A DNA stretch of 64,000 bases from Bispira polyomma (lineage: Eukaryota), in NCBI GenBank assembly GCA_965649765.1, contig OZ287749.1, positions 7,502,001-7,566,000 on the forward strand, in the 5' to 3' direction. The notes below the pieces were generated by a model. The model worked only from the letters and a program-made list of their open reading frames with translations. It had not been told where the DNA came from and ran no database searches. Shown piece after piece: positions 62,845 through 64,000 of the stretch. How positions within the stretch are numbered: position 1 is the stretch's first letter; the number at the start of each line of letters is the position of its first letter. Position numbers and translations under genes: made by a program.

Positions 62845-63318
62845 GTAAGAAAGGAAAGACTCTCTCGGATTCTGCAGAATTCTAACACTCAGGCTCAGAT
62901 CAAAGGTGTCCAGATGGAGGGAAGTAACGACAAGTATGATTGCATAGTTGGATGCTGCGTAGAAAGCTCTTCTAACATCCATAGCTTATTTCTATCTTCA
63001 TGAGTTGCTCATAGCTCTCATTTGAAATGAGTTTAAATTGTGCCCTGAAATATATCTGTAGTAAAACTCACTGTCTCGGACAGGTTGCAGGTGAAAAAAG
63101 AATGGATCTCTAAAATCTGTAATAAAACTCACTGCAGGCTGCACTTATCCAAGAATTTAACACCAATTTTGAGAATCGTTGTTGAGATATTTGATATATT
63201 TTAGTGTACATCTTTCCAATGTATAAACTGTAGCACCTATGTTGTCTTCACCTCTGTAAACATTATATGATTAAGTATAGCACAGGTCAGCTTATACAAG
63301 GATATCTGTGCGTTTCAG

Positions 63319-63480
63319 GAGCTACAGCACCATGCACCTCTGCGCCTCCTACGCCTAGAGTTCCAGGTGCCAGAGGAAGTATTTCTGGGACACCTGGGCG
63401 TTGCCGAGGGAACGTTAGCTGAGGAAAAACAAGGACTAGAGGAGAAAGCGAGCATTAAAGACTTGCTGAGGAAACACAAG
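63319..63480 (+). CDS. SYNE1: Spectrin-repeat exon ELQHHAPLRLLRLEFQVPEE...DLLRKHK
   Basis: TTTCAG / GTAGAA, phase 0-0. Confidence 0.9.
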
Positions 63481-63503
63481 GTAGAAATGTTGTGAAAGGG
63501 AAT

Positions 63504-63732
63504 TTGAATTTATTTGGGTTTTACGTCACTTTCAACAGCTTAGGTCATATTATGAAAGGGCCATATCTAATGGTGGAAGAAAACAGTGCAGAACCACTGT
63601 AAACCACCGGCCTACGACAAGTACATGACAAACTTTTCCGGACGAAGGAATAAATGGGATGCGAACCCACATTGGTGAGAGGCCAGTGATTGTGAAGCAG
63701 GCGGTTCTAAACATTATGCCACCGTGGCCCCC
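63504..63732 (-). mobile_element. tRNA-derived SINE family B (shares head with family A)
   Basis: Reverse complement reads GGGGCCACGGTGGCATAATG...CTTCACAATCACTGGCCTCTCACC...GGTTCG...GTTGAAAGTGACGTAAAACCCAA. Confidence 0.75.
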
Positions 63733-64000
63733 TGTTTTGACAGAGAATTACAAGGTGTATTCGTCTTACAGGGAAGGACTTTATGGACTGAATTAGGAAA
63801 CATAAGGTTCAACTGCGACTTTTTGCAATGTTGTTAGATTTTCTGGTTGGAGGATAAATAATAAGGACTTCTAATGTGAGAAGGTCAGCACAGGGTTGAC
63901 AGTTCTGCATATGGCATCAACAAAGGTGCCTTGACTAACACTAAGTAGAGGGTTGTATGGGATTTTCTGGTTGGTTGTATAGTCGAACTTTGAAAATTCT

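Larger units (their letters stand above)
2479..63480 (+). other. SYNE1: Nesprin-1/SYNE1 (Msp300-like) gene span, 5' part; continues beyond window
   Basis: Phase-consistent GT-AG exon chain translating to CH1-CH2 ([64 protein letters not shown]). The spectrin repeats that follow are colinear with human nesprin-1 as I recall it (LDSNLPGRLGQIGDWLNRAE, LKFRLLAFLVVAEAKLK, ASNFLIE). Confidence 0.93.

Overview
AT-rich animal (invertebrate, probably lophotrochozoan) genomic DNA. Almost the whole window is the 5' part of one + strand gene, a nesprin-1/SYNE1 (Msp300-type) orthologue. I reconstructed 21 constitutive GT-AG exons with consistent phases (16373-63480). They encode the tandem CH1-CH2 actin-binding domain (DEQERVQKKTFTNWMN ... 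DVDVDKPDEKSIMTYVAQF) and the first spectrin repeats; the gene runs off the right end and no KASH domain is in the window. Several alternative coding modules are predicted: 4-5 phase-1 first exons, a 500-codon internal first exon that could splice into the middle of CH2, a 5.4-kb phase 0-0 exon followed by a GCATG cluster, and a 36-nt microexon. Introns hold a 5'-truncated L1/Tx1-like LINE with TSD, tRNA-derived SINEs, several MITE families and a MITE-derived 42-bp satellite. The most unusual signal is that about a dozen unrelated tandem arrays are each built from an exon end plus its splice site, creating runs of decoy donors or acceptors (about 35 GTAAGT-type copies after one exon). All exon, isoform and repeat-family calls are by eye, without transcript data or database searches.
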